Of a stretch of DNA of 64,000 nucleotides, positions 13,513-36,100 are shown piece after piece (position 1 is the first letter of the stretch; each line of letters begins with the position of its first letter). The notes beneath the pieces are model-generated. The model worked only from the letters and a program-made list of their open reading frames with translations. It made no database searches and had not been told where the DNA came from. A program made the translations under genes and the position numbers. The stretch comes from Anolis carolinensis (lineage: Eukaryota): NCBI RefSeq assembly GCF_035594765.1, contig NC_085841.1, positions 240,146,689-240,210,688 on the forward strand, read 5' to 3'.

Positions 13513-14593
13513 CTGTATAAAAATCTAAATCAGATATGCCTTTTGTTTGATCCGATAGGTTATTTTTATAGGTCCGCCCCCCGCCCCCCCAAAAAAAACA
13601 AGGAGGCAATCCAATGCAAGAGTATATGAGGGTTGGGTTCTACTGGATTCTTTGGGATGGAGTGGGAGTTACTTCTGAGTAGATAGGTCTCTGTAAATGC
13701 AGCCTTACACAGAGGACACATGTACAAATGACACTGAAGTTGTTCACAAGAGGTTGGAAGAACTCTGACATTTGGTCATATTTCTCAGGAATTCTTTTCT
13801 GATCCTAACTTGTGTTCATTGCCTCTTGCCAGGGACTCTTGCTTTCAGAAAGCAACCCCACCCCAACATGTTCTTGCATCTTTTATTTTGTCTTCCACCC
13901 CTGACATGCTAGGGAAGTAAATCTCGGCTTAGAAAGCCAGTCTTCTGGTACAGCCATACATCAGTGTCATAGACCAGGGCAAAGCATAGTTTGTAGCAGC
14001 TAGTTCAGACATGGGCAAATTTAGGCCCTCCGGGTGTTTTGGACTTCAACTCCCACAATTCCTAACAGCCGATAAGATGGCTGGGATTTCTGGGAGTTTT
14101 CCTTATTTTCCTTTTTTCCCCCATTTATTCTTGGAACACTCTTTCTTCTCCAGTGGCCAGTGGGGGAAAAGATAGGGTTTCTCTCGCAAAGGATCCAAAG
14201 TCATTGCCTGCTGAGTTTTGATAGTGGATAAAGTGTTGCAAAATAGATCATCCTGGTAGAGAGATACCCATGAGTTACATTTTGCTATTTTCTAGAAACA
14301 GCTACATGCTGCAACATTCTTTCTCTTATTTTTTTTCCTTGCCATGACACTATACTCTTCCCTATGACAGGTGTAGATAAATAAACCAATAAAAATGGGT
14401 GAAGCTAGAGCCAGACACTGGATTGCTTGTTTTCCTCAAGGTCACAGATACTGTGCTTTGAATAACTGCATGCTATCTCCAGGTTTATTTTGGTTAAATA
14501 TGAAGCTCCCACAGGAACGTTTTGAATGGTGTCAGTCCAGTACATGGTAACACATTGAATATGTGGTATTAAAATAGGGGGCCCTACCACTAA

Positions 14594-15578
14594 GGCCCTT
14601 TCCACACTGCCACATAATCCAGATTAACAAAGCAAATAATCCACATTATCTGTTTTGAACTGGATTTTATTTATTTGTTTGTTTGTTTTCTATCTCACCT
14701 CGCAGGGGACTCAGAGCAGCGTACACCATATATTTAGGCAAACATTCAATGAGTTTTATGGGCTGTATGACAATGTTCCAGAAGCATTCTCTCCTGACGT
14801 TTCACCCACATCTCTGGCAGGCATCCTAAGAGGTTGTGAGGTTTGTTGGAAACTGGGCAAATGGGGTTTATATATCTGTGGAATGTCCAGGGTGGGAGAA
14901 AGAACTTTTGTCTGTTGGAGACAACCTTGAATGTTGCAATTGGCCAGCTTGATTAGCATTGAATAGCCTTGCAGCTTCAAAGCCTGGCTGTTTCCTGCCT
15001 GGGGGAATCCTTCGGAAGTGTTAGCTGGCCCTGATTGTTTCCTGTCTGGAGTTCCTCTGTTTTTTGAGTGTTGATCTTTATTTACTGTCCTGATTTTAAG
15101 CCAGGTGGCCAATTGCAATATTCACACTCTCCACAAACAGACAAAAGTTCTTTCTCCCATTCAGGGGATTCCACAGACATATAAATCTCACTTGCCTAGT
15201 TTCCATCAGACCTCACAACCTTGAAGGATGCCTGCCATAGATGTGGGTGAAACGTCAGGAGAGAATGCTTCTGGAACATGGCGATACAGCCCGGAAAACT
15301 CACAGCAGCCCAGTGATTCCTGCAATGAAAGCCTTCAACAACACATTAAACATTCAATGCCTCAATTATACAACTATTAAAAACATAACATAACATCATT
15401 AAAACAGTAGACATAAACAATTTAAAACCAACAGCATTAAACATAATCTAGTACACAATTACCACGTTACACAAATCCTTAGTTATAATTCAGCTGCTTC
15501 ATTTCCACTGTCTACACTGCCATATAATCCAGTTCAAAGCAGATGATCTGGATTTTATATGGCAGTGTAGAAGGGGCC
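14594..15578. mobile_element. PIF/Harbinger-like MITE hosting nested insertions
   Basis: TIR GGCCCTTTCCACACTGCC / GGCAGTGTAGAAGGGGCC with TAA TSD on both sides. Related copies at about 11457, 17825, 18500 and 19173. Confidence 0.65.
14750..15345. mobile_element. Penelope-like retroelement remnant with inverted arms (duplicate at about 44276-44871; related fragment at 43495-43632)
   Basis: About 14750-14950 is the reverse complement of about 15105-15305 (GTTCCAGAAGCATTCTCTCCTGACGTTTC / GAAACGTCAGGAGAGAATGCTTCTGGAAC). Family assignment is from recall. Confidence 0.65.
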
Positions 15579-16558
15579 TAAATATGCATGCAATCTAACA
15601 CCACTTCAACTGCCATGGCTCAATGCAGTAGATTCATGGAAGCTGTAGTTTTTTGAGGTACCAGCAATCTTTTACAGAGAAGGCTTTGAAGGCCTTGTAA
15701 AACAACAACTCACAGGATCCCCTAGCATTGAGCCATGGTATCAAACTGCATTCATTCTACAATGTAGGTGCACCCTACAAAACCAGGCACAGCATATGTA
15801 GATCATGTACTTTTTAGGGTGGCAAATTAAAGATGAGATGGGATATTGGCACACTTTTCTTACCAAAGATGGACCCTAGCACCAGCCAGGGCCAATGAGA
15901 GAGGACTTCAGCTTATACATCAGTCTGGGACTAGAAGCCAAGGAGGAGCTCCTATGCATTTCTGACATCGGTAGCTGCCTGCTTTGTTTGTATTTTATCA
16001 TAATCATATTTTTCTACAAAACTGAAAACAGAAACTATAATATTTCATGTTATAAGTACTATTATTTTTGTTGAAAATAATTAAGATCCTTAAATTGTTG
16101 AGAGGAGTCCTCAACACCTAGGTCCCAAAACCATTTCTGTGGCTGCATCTATACTGTTGAATTAATGCAGTTTGACACCTCTTTCAGTGCCATGGCTCAA
16201 TGCTATGGAATCCTGGGAATTTGCACACTCTTTTGCTTTCTCACTTCATCACATTTATTAAATTCTACTGGGTCTTATACTTAAAATCTGGTAACCCACT
16301 GTGTTCATCACATTAGGTTGGATTCAAGTGTAGAGCAGAGCATTATTTCCATATTTTAAGCATGAGGCCAGCATTCTTTTCAAATGTTTCAGGAGGTGGT
16401 GGGAAAGTGGATTTTGGGAAAAGATTCGGATGAATGGCCAGTTCAGTAATGTGATGGCATTCATTGCTCTCAGGATTAAAATGAGACATGTCCCCAATTT
16501 GTGGGAGGGGAAATCGTGGGAGGCGCCAAGATAGCCTTGTTAGAGAAAGTGTATTGTG

Positions 16559-16891
16559 CCATGTCTCCATGCTGTGCAGTCCTGGGAGTTATAGTTTCCC
16601 AAGGTCCATACCCTTCTCTGGGTGCATTTACACTATGGAATGAATGCTCTTGGACCCCACTTTGAATACCATAGCTCCATACTATGCATTCCTGGGAGTT
16701 TAGTTTCCCAAGGTCCATACCCTTCTCTGGGTGCATTTACATTATGGAATGAATGCTCTTGGACCCCACTTTGAATACCATAGCTCCATACTATGCATTC
16801 CTGGGAGTTATAGTTTCCCAAAGTGCATACACTTCTCTGGGTCCATCTGCACTGGAGAATAAATGCAGTAGGGACCCATTTTAAATGCAAG

Positions 16892-16939
<48 letters not shown>

Positions 16940-17230
16940 CATGTCTCCATGCTGTGCAGTCTTGGGAGTAAGAGTTTTCCAAGGTCCATACCATTCTTTT
17001 GGTGCATTTACAATACGGGGTGAATGCCCTTGCACCCCACTTTAAATCCCATGACTCCATGCAATGGAGTCCTCCTGGGAGTTATAATTTCCCAAAGTCA
17101 ATGCACTTCTCTGGGTGTATCTACACTGTGCAGCTGGACCTTACTTTAAATGCCATGTCAGCATGAGATGGTCTTGGGAACTGCAGTTTTCCAAGGTCCG
17201 TGAACCTTCTCTGGGTGCATCTACACCATG
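16559..17230 (+). repeat. Tandem array of about six ~110-bp units interrupted by a (TTA)n microsatellite (duplicate at about 46085-46756)
   Basis: Units start at about 16559, 16669, 16778, 16939, 17049 and 17153. The (TTA)n tract is at about 16894-16938. Confidence 0.9.
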
Positions 17231-17469
17231 AACTGACGGCAGCTGGGCCTAAGGCTGTTAGGAATGTTGGGAGTTGAAGTCCAAAACTCCTGGCGGGAAG
17301 GCCCAAGTTTGCCCCAGCCTCTGAGTCTGGGCTCCCAGCACTGCGAAATGCTTGTCTATTTCTGTCTCTCTGGCGTGGAAAGAGCCAGCACGGCGGAGAT
17401 GGGGGATTTACAGGGAGTAAGCTGCCGAGCTAACACGACAAAAGCCTCCCATCAACAAACAACCTTTAA

Positions 17470-17636
17470 GGGCATTAAGGGGCGGGGCATTGCCTGGCCC
17501 CGCCCCCTCCCGAGAGGCCCCGCCCCTCCCTTATAAGACCAATGCGGCAGGGCAGCGGGCACTAGGCGTTGCTGCTTCTCATAGAGATATCGTCGCCCGT
17601 ACTCTGAAGTGAGAGCTTAGCCCCGCCGTTTGCACC
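17470..17636 (+). promoter_or_regulatory. TUBA4A core promoter and 5' UTR, copy 1 (CpG-rich)
   Basis: GC boxes at about 17479, 17498 and 17518; TATAA at 17532-17536; CCAAT at 17539-17543; Kozak-context ATG about 100 bp downstream. Confidence 0.8.
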
Positions 17637-27256
<9,620 letters not shown>

Positions 27257-27289
27257 CTACAGATGGCCTTTGTTTGGACCTTCTTTTCC

Positions 27290-27295
27290 ATTAAA
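27290..27295 (+). terminator. Candidate TUBA4A polyadenylation signal ATTAAA (copy 2 at about 56683)
   Basis: ATTAAA lies 34 nt after the stop codon and is followed by GT/T-rich sequence. Confidence 0.5.
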
Positions 27296-29747
27296 GTATG
27301 CTTGGCTTTAATTGCATTCCTGTCAAAAGTGTCTTTCTTGCCCAAGATTGTGGTTTCTCCATTCTCATAATGTAGGATGTGAAAATGGGAAGTACATTTC
27401 TTAGTAGCGAAAATTGAGCAACATTGTGGAACAGTATTGCTTCTGATTTTCAGGGTTTTTTTTTTTAAACCCTTACTACTGGCACATGATAAAGTGAAAC
27501 ACTGGCTTTTTGCAAAATCCAAGAATGCCCCTAGGCAACATGAAACATTAAGAAATGGAAATGTAGACTTTGTTTAGAAGCTTAGCTAGTCAGCCAAATA
27601 CAATCCTGGGAGATTACTACCACCGGTTTCGTTCTGTGGGATGGGTTTCATTTAATTTTGTGACAGCAAAGTATCCAATTTGGCATTTTGGGGATTAGAC
27701 CACATCTGTGCCATGCTACTTATCTCTGGGTTTCATCAGTTTCCTGGATTTGGTAAGGTGATTTTGTGTTTCATAATGAAGACCTAATGTCTGAATGATT
27801 CTCAAGGTCCTGGGAAAGTATCTTTCTTTTGGTCTGGATGTTTTGTGACAGGCTATACCCACTGTGTGACTGCTATTTTGCAACTTGCCACACTCACTCT
27901 TGCAGCCATTTTGTGACTCTTCATACAGTTCCCTAAAAACTCATAAACTCCTTTAAATAAGATAAGCGGAATAGGATTAGCCAATAAGTTTGTCAGTCAG
28001 TGGGAGCTAAAGAAATCTATGGGTATCTCTATCTACTTCCCTCATTCTGGTAAAGATTTCAGATGCAGATCATCAAAACGCCTGTATTGCACTCTTTCTC
28101 CAAAATGCTGAGCAGCATTTCACTGCACATCAATCTTTTTCTAATGCACTCATGATTTGCCTAGGAGAATTTTGCCAAGGCTTAATTTGAAAAGAAGCAT
28201 TTTGTATGTGTGTCACATCTAGTACTCAGAAGGTTTTGGCTGCCTTACTGAAGTAAATACGGCAGTTTACAGCATTGTGTCCGTAGATATAATTTTGAAT
28301 GAAAACATTCATAAATCAGAACCATTGGATATGCAAAAACAAAAACATAACCCTATATCCACTTCCAGCTGGGCTAATGACAGGTAATGCTTAATGCGAT
28401 GAAAAGACATTATAAAGGTTCATGGATTTGCCCTGCATCAGGGCGATTCCATGGGCTCCTGGGGGAGGGGCATGGAGAAGCTGCCGCTCCACACCCCGCA
28501 TTGCCCAACTTTCCATGTTCCTTATCCCATGGGGGAAAATGTTGCCGCCCAGCTCCCCCACCAGTTGAAAGGAAGGCATCGCAGGAAGGCTCACGTGTTG
28601 TTGCGGCAGTGGCCTGTCTGATGAGGTTGTACAGAGTCTTTGGGAAAACAACAGAGCCAGGCTAGAAAGCGTTAGTTAAGGCTTTCTATTTTCCATTTCT
28701 CAACCTTTCTATCTCTTAAAACACTACATCTGCTTTTCTATCCTGTTTTAGATTAGAAATGTTTTCTTTAACATCATAAAAACCTTTTTGTATTAGATAA
28801 CAATGTAAGAAGATGAAAGTGTAAGGTGTTAAAATGCCCATTCTATATTCACTATTGTACCCTTCCACATTGCTTGTATATTTGCAATATAAATTATATG
28901 GGGAAAAATCTTCAGCTCACAGAACAATTTAAAATCTGGAGAAAAAGCAATAGCTTCCCCTTTTCTACCTGCTGTTTTTTAAAACTGCTTAATCATTCAT
29001 CTATGAATTTCACAATTGCTGGGCTACTTAGAAGAGAGTCCAACTTGAAAAAATCTTCTCGCCCCAAGTTAGTCTCCAGTAGCCTTGCCAACCTATGATC
29101 CACCCTCCTCCATACAAGGCGGAGATCCAATCCTCTTCCACTCCACTTTTTTCTGTATACACAAGTACAGTATCACAAGAATCTAAAAAGAGATGTGCCA
29201 GTCTTCATCCACCCTCATAAACGGAGGTGAGTGATATGTTTATGGTATGAACCTCCTTGGCCTTTCTGTACTTTCATTTACACACTGATGCTCGCCCTGG
29301 CACCATTTTCTTTCAATACAAATGCTTTCTATCTGCTAACCTTGTCAAGAACAGCCACTGCACTTGCTGTATTTGTCTTATGTGTGAATTCTTAAGACAA
29401 AGGTGTTGCAGCTCTACACAAAACTAACCTTTTGGACTGTGTGAAGAATACATACTATAATTGGATATTATACATTTGTCTGGAGTTCGTGTTCATTGGA
29501 AATCACTGGAACCTGAGTCAGTTAAACAAGATCTCCTATTCTATACCACTCAACCTCCCTTCACCTAAACAATTAGATTAGCAAAAATTAGACAAACATG
29601 GCTAATACACAATGATATAGAAGCCACTTGATGTAGAAGAGGAAACTGACCGAAGTGAAATGAATAGGTAAGAAAAAACCAGTATGGTTAGGTCATCCCG
29701 TTCATTCCTCAACTTAAAAACCACTGATGCAGCTGCATTGTAAAGAC

Positions 29748-29753
29748 TTTATT
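29748..29753 (-). terminator. Candidate STK16 polyadenylation signal AATAAA (copy 2 at about 58902)
   Basis: TTTATT on the + strand, about 410 nt past the STK16 stop codon. Confidence 0.55.
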
Positions 29754-30162
29754 GAACACATAGGCACTGAGGGTGTGCCTGCACCAAAATAAATAGGGCG
29801 CCAGTCCCTCAATAATTAGCCGCAAGCAATACTTAAGATTTTTAAAAAGCTGGCCATTTCCCCATCTATTGTTGAGGTCCCTTGTACAACATCCTATGAA
29901 GGGAGCTGGTAAGTTGCCAAACAGACCAGCTGAGACCCAAATATATTCTTGAGGTGCATGCTTGGACACCAGTGAGAATGGCAAGGTAACTGCCAAGAAA
30001 GTCCCAAACTTATCAGCTCCAAAGCAAGAGGTGGCCCCACTCTGGAAAGTGGCAAGCACAGAACAGAACATACCATGTCCTGGCTTTGAACTTAACCTCT
30101 TGAGGTCCCATTTGGGCGGCAACGCCTCTCCTGGCCCCATCTCTACTACACATTCAGTGGGC

Positions 30163-33100
30163 TCAGATGCGTGTGGTGTCCTGTCCAGCAGGTGGTGGCT
30201 GTATCTCTTCAAGCTGGCAGATAATGCCAGCAATGTATGGGCGCTGTTGAGGATTCACTATCATCATCGAGCAGAGGAGACATTCCAAGGCAGGCGAATA
30301 CCTGTAATTTAGAGGCCATTCACATTGGATCTTCCTTGAAATCTGGGCAGCTTTGAACTTCCCTTTCATGCAGCACTTCCTTACCTTGTATTCTGGGGCA
30401 CAGTGAGATCATTCTGTACAGCCAAGGCCACACTGTCCCCCTTTTGGAAGATCATGTCATAAGGCCCCTCACCAAACATCATACAGTACAGAACACAGCC
30501 TAAGGACTAAGGAAAGGCAAGATGAGTATATGTAGCAGAAGGCTGGCCCTAGAATGGAGAGAGGCCACAAGAACATTCCTCCCTTGTATAGGAATAAACC
30601 ACATGACATTATTTAGAGCATTTGCAGATGTGCTTTTCTAAGTGGAAATTAAGGCCCTTACCCAGACATCAGTACGTTCATCAATAACACAGTCACGTTC
30701 AACAGTGAACAGTTCTGGTGCTCGGTAAGAGATGGTACAGCGCTGGGCAGCCCAGTCCTGTGAGATAAAGAGACAAAACTGAACTTCAGCTACAGAACAT
30801 TAGTAGGGTAGGGGCATGATCAGAAGTCTTCAGTTCCACCTTTTCTCCCTGGACTATTCCTGTGATGCCCCTTGGTGGTTATGTGGCAACAGCCACAAGA
30901 AGATGTTTCAGTGCAGTGGTACTAGCATTAAATCAAAAAGGGGAGCAGAAATCCAGCACAGCCACCAGACAGCAAGGCATGCTGCTTATGAGCCTTATAA
31001 TACATTAATAGAAAGTGTTTTCTTTCTTTTAAGCATCTATTTTTGTTTGTTGATTTGCTAATTCTTTGTCTCCTGTTAAGATAATAGCTGCATTAGATAT
31101 GGGGAAATTGAAAAATTGGGGAAATTGGTTTCCTTTTGGATCATAGCTGGAGCTGGTTAGCCTAGGTGACATCCAGTCTGTAAGGATTTTGAGGAATAGG
31201 GAGAGGTAGCTTGTGGGAACACAAAATAGCTTTTAAACTGAATGACATCCTTGACCTGAGCAGAAGCAGCTGAGGTCTTGAGAAAGAGCTGTAGCTCAGT
31301 GGGAATGTGCACATGCTTTGCATGAAGAAGGTTCAAGACAGTTTGAAATGTCAGGGACATGCTGCGAATAGGATCAGACAATACTGGCATGGATTGATCA
31401 GCATTATAGCCTTGTACAGGGTATCATCTTATGTCTTCCTCTCTGCTTCATGAACTCTTCATGTAAAACACATTGTCTTTCACTGATTCCTCTTTTAACG
31501 TGCTCCTCTGTATAATGAAACACATGTTAGGATCACACCTCTCTTTTTGCATGTGCTAACATCTTGTTAACATTCTCCTTCCCTAAGTCATTAATCAGCC
31601 TTGTTTGGGGAGAATTAATCTAAATCTTCTATTTTCTATGTCCAAGAAACTAACATGTAACTCATAATAACATCCAGTAGCAATGACTACTAAGCACTGT
31701 TCGAGCCTCATTAATGTAACAAACCTGTTGCCCATTCTATTCACACTGCAATGAGAGCAAACTCCTCAATATTACCAAATATGGTTCCCACTACCAGCTG
31801 CCACCTTAGCTGATTTCTGTTTGTTTTTAATTCTAAAACTCAACCTAGGTAGAAAATATTCATGTTCACAGAAAAAATAATGTGAGATACTTCTATAATG
31901 TGTTAATATCAATTTTTCTCTGGTAATGCCACATCAGGACTCCATAGAGCAATATCTCTAAGGTTCCCTAGAGTTGTAGGTTGTTTTCTAAAAGTAGAAC
32001 AATGCTTTTTTTTAATATAGCAATGTTAGTGCTAGCATTTTAACACATAATGCATACAGTTATTTTTTTGAATTCAGATGCAATATCCTCCCTCCAAAGC
32101 CCTGAATAATGTGATAATGTAATAATGTGAATAGTCACAAGTGGAGTGCCGCAGGGTTCCGTCCTGGGCCCGGTTCTGTTCAACATCTTTTTAACGACTT
32201 AGACGAAGGGTTAGAAGGCACGATCATCAAGTTTGCAAATAACACCAAACTGGGAGGGATAGCTAACACTCCAGAAGACAGGAGCAGAATTCAAAACGAT
32301 CTTAACAAATTAGAGAGATGGGCCGAAACTACAAAATGAAGTTCAACAGAGACAAATGCAAGATACTTCACTTCAGCAGAAAAAAATGGAATGCAAAGAT
32401 ACAGAATGGGGGACGCCTGGCTCGACAGCAGTACGTGTGAAAAAGATCTTGGAGTCCTCGTGGACAACAAGTTAAACATGAGCCAACAATGTGATGGGGC
32501 AGCGAAAAAAGCCAACGGGATTCTGGCCTGCATAAATCTGGGTATAGCATCTAGATCCAGGGAAGTCATGCTACCCCTCTATTCTGACTTGGTCAGGCCA
32601 CACCTGGAATACTGTGTCCAATTCTGGGCACCGCAATTGAAGGGAGATGTTGACAAGCTGGAAAGCGTCCAGAGGAGGGCAACTAAAATGATCAAGGGTC
32701 TGGAGAACAAACTCTATGAGGAGTGGCTTAAAGAGCTGGGTATGTTTAGCCTGCAGAAGAGAAGGCTGAGAGGAGACATGATAGCCATATACAAATATGT
32801 GAGGGGAAGTCATAGGGAGGAGGGAGCAAGCTTGTTTTCTGCTGCCCTGGAGACTAGGACGCGGAACAAACTACAGGAAAGGAGATTCCACCTGAACATC
32901 AGGAAGAACTTTCTCACTGTGAGAGCTGTTCGGCAGTGGAACTCTCTGCCCTGGACTGTGGTGGAGGCTCCCTCTTTGGAGGCTTTTAAGCAGAGGCTGG
33001 ATGGCCATCTGTCGGGGTGCTTTGAATGAGATTTTCCTGTTTCTTGCAGGACGGCCCATGAGGTCTCTTCCAACTCTACAATTCTATGAGTTTTAAATTT

Positions 33101-36100
33101 GCACCCCAGGTTATGGGAGTGGGAAGGTATGCATCTAGCTTTCATAGTTAATCTAATTTAGATTCTTCCCTCTTATCTTTGTTGGAAATTCCCACATCCT
33201 TTTCACTGGGCGACTCTTGTACCTGCAATGTCATGGCTTCCCGGGAGCTCCGTACTTCAATGCGTGCTTGATTCATAGAGCCTAGGTCCATCAACAATGG
33301 TTGGTCATCGTCATCCAGAAGCACATTTGTTGGTTTCAGGTCTCTGAAAGAAGCAGAATGGAATCTCCAGAATTGTCCAGTCACGGCCCTCTGTTTCTTA
33401 CTTGAAGTTATCTTTTAATCTCCTGATTTCTCAACCTCAGATTTCTTCCTATTGACAATACTGCCAGGGATGCTTCACACCAGCATGCAGTTTCTTACTT
33501 CTATTCACTCCTTCACTGTGCACTTAATGGCACTTGTGTATCTTCACTCTATGGCTCCCCCACCCCAGCCTACACATGGCTTGTCCCACAACATCATTGC
33601 TAACAATCTCTGCTTTAGAACCAGTTTCTCACCTGTGTGCATAACCCTTATTATGAATGGCCTGCAGCCCTCGGCAAAGACCATGAAGAATGGCAAGGAT
33701 CCGCTCCTCAGGCATGAAGGCACCTTTGTCTTTCAGAGCTTCAACTTCCTGCCAAAGAGTTCCTCTCTACAAAGAAAAGGACAGCAACTCTGGTGATTTG
33801 AATCAGGTATATTTTTTTCAAATTTACTACGTGAGGTTGAGATTATTTATCCTTGAGTACCCTCATTGCTTCTGTCCGAATACACTCCAGAATGGGATGA
33901 GGTCTTTTAAATATTGCAAAACAACAACTTCCATCAGCACAAATCAGCATATACAGGGGAGATTAATGGAGTTAGTCTACCACTTGGAGAGTCACATGCT
34001 CCATATCCCCAAACAAGAAGAAGCAACCAAAGCAAGCCTGAGAGATGTTTTGTCCATCCCAGAACCCTAGCTGCCATCAGTCCTAGACAGTCTGACTAAG
34101 AATGAGGCATGATAAGTAGTATTTATTTAGCATCTGAAGGGCTTACGGTCCCCTACTCCTGCACCAGTTTACTCAGGGAAGAGCTTGGCAACAGATTTGC
34201 AGCAGTGCTATTCCAACACACTTATATGCAGTTATTCTTGTTTTACCAGGGATCATTATGCATGTATCTCTGAAGTTATTGTATCACCCTGCTACAGTCT
34301 GCAGTTTTTAGATGACTGCTGCTGTGAAAGACTCTAAAATGCAAACACATCAGAAATATGGGAGAGGCAGAATAATTTGATACTAATATAGTAATGGCAT
34401 GGAGCCCCCAGTGGTGCAATGAGTTAAACCCTTGTGCCAGCAGGACTGCTGACCGAAAGGTCGGCGGTTCGAATCCAGGGAGCAAGGTGAGCTCCCGTCT
34501 GTCAGCCCTGGCTCCCCATGCGGGGACATGAGGGAAACCTCCCATAGGATGGTAAAACATCCGGGTGTCCCATAGGAGCAACATCTTTGCAGACGGCCAA
34601 TTCTCTAACACCAGAAGCAACTTGCAGTTTCTCAAGTCGCTCCTGACATGGAAAAAAGTAATGGCATCTGTTGTTCTCAGTTTGCTACTATAGATTTGAA
34701 CATGGTAAAATGACTGAATACCAGAAGCTCTGAGATACGTTGGTACAGTTTTGTCTTGAATACCTTATCTTCAATGTTTACGTGGCAATAATAGCTGTGA
34801 GTACTTTTGGCTGGTACCCTATCAACACTGTTCCTTGGAAAAAGCAGGTATCTCTAATATAACAAACACATAGGTTACACCTAGAGTATTATCATGCATG
34901 GTATGATAATGCATGGTATGAAAAGCATTTTTGAATACTTCTGCTATTAATAACTAAAGCCATCAGGCTTTTGTTTGGACTTCTTTTTCACAGCATATAA
35001 ATTCTTATTTTGTTCATCATGTCAATTTATTTCCAAGCACAATTTTTTTCAAATTGTGCTGCTTATTGCCTGTAAATCCCCAAATAGCTTGGAACCAGAA
35101 CAATGAATAGCCATCTTTTCCCACACTAGTTGACATCTTCACCAGAGTCTTTATTTGCAAAAGAAACTATTAGAATTTCTCAATTGTAGCAGGATGATGG
35201 AAAGCAAAACAGCATATCCTAGGAATTTTGTTTCTTCCATCGCATTTATATTTCAGTAATCTAGTTAAAGCTTTTAGACTGACTTATTTTGTCAGGAATT
35301 TTGTTTCAGTTGGTTCTTGTTTTGATTCTGTTTTGATATTAGAAAACTGTTTTCTGTATTCATCTTAGTCTCAAGCCCAAGCAAGACAAAAAAACAAACA
35401 AACACAGAACCCAGGAGGCTGAGCCACTGTCAGAAGGTATTAGCCTCTATTATTGGCATCTCAGTATACTGTGCACATCTCAGTCATGCTTGTGTGAATC
35501 CACAAATACACATTCCTCTGCATGCTAAGCAGAACCCATATGTATCTCAAACAGAAACACTAGGTATGAAGCCACTTATCTCTCACCTTGAGGAAAGGTA
35601 GTAGCAGCCAGGCCTCGTGTTTGGATCCTTTCTCCACAACAGCATGTGCACATAGGGGCAAGATATTTGGGTGATCAAAGAGCTGATGCATCTCAATCTC
35701 ATGCATGGCTTCCTGGCGATCATCCTTGTCATGGCATACGATGCGTTTCAGTGCATAGAAGCGTCCATCATGCAGCCCCTCTACAAGATCTACATAGCTG
35801 AAGCCACTGGGTCAGAGAGGAATTGGGTCAAGAACAGAGTGGGTTGGTAATGGAAAGAAGCTCATACTACGCTGAGATTATTTTCTCCTTCTCCTGCTGT
35901 CTGCATACTAAGGACTTTATCACACTAGCCTGTTGTCTTATCACAATGACATTATGTAAACATATGGAAACATTGTTATTGGAACAATATATATTACACC
36001 TCAACACAATTGTGCAAATGCTGGTACTTAGTTGTGAATATCCTACTTTGAGTTTTCTGCACAGCCTCACTTCCGATCCATGTCTGCCCTACCTAGTGCA

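Noticed and set aside
16633-17023. Poly-Asn and poly-Leu ORFs
   Set aside because: They are translations of the (TTA)n microsatellite and the tandem array.
16559-17230. CRISPR-like regularly spaced repeats
   Set aside because: The units are contiguous tandem copies with no unique spacers, the context is a vertebrate genome, and there are no cas genes.
29220-29233. Strong + strand donor GAG|GTGAGT between the two genes
   Set aside because: There is no convincing paired acceptor or reading frame, and isolated donor matches are expected by chance.
29709-30233. 174-aa minus-strand ORF
   Set aside because: It is an alternative frame over the last STK16 exon and 3' UTR with no recognisable homology. 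Its presence in both units only reflects the duplication.
32391-33029. 212-aa ORF as a host gene or active reverse transcriptase
   Set aside because: It is a 5'-truncated, frameshifted CR1 ORF2 fragment with a degraded catalytic motif (FANN).
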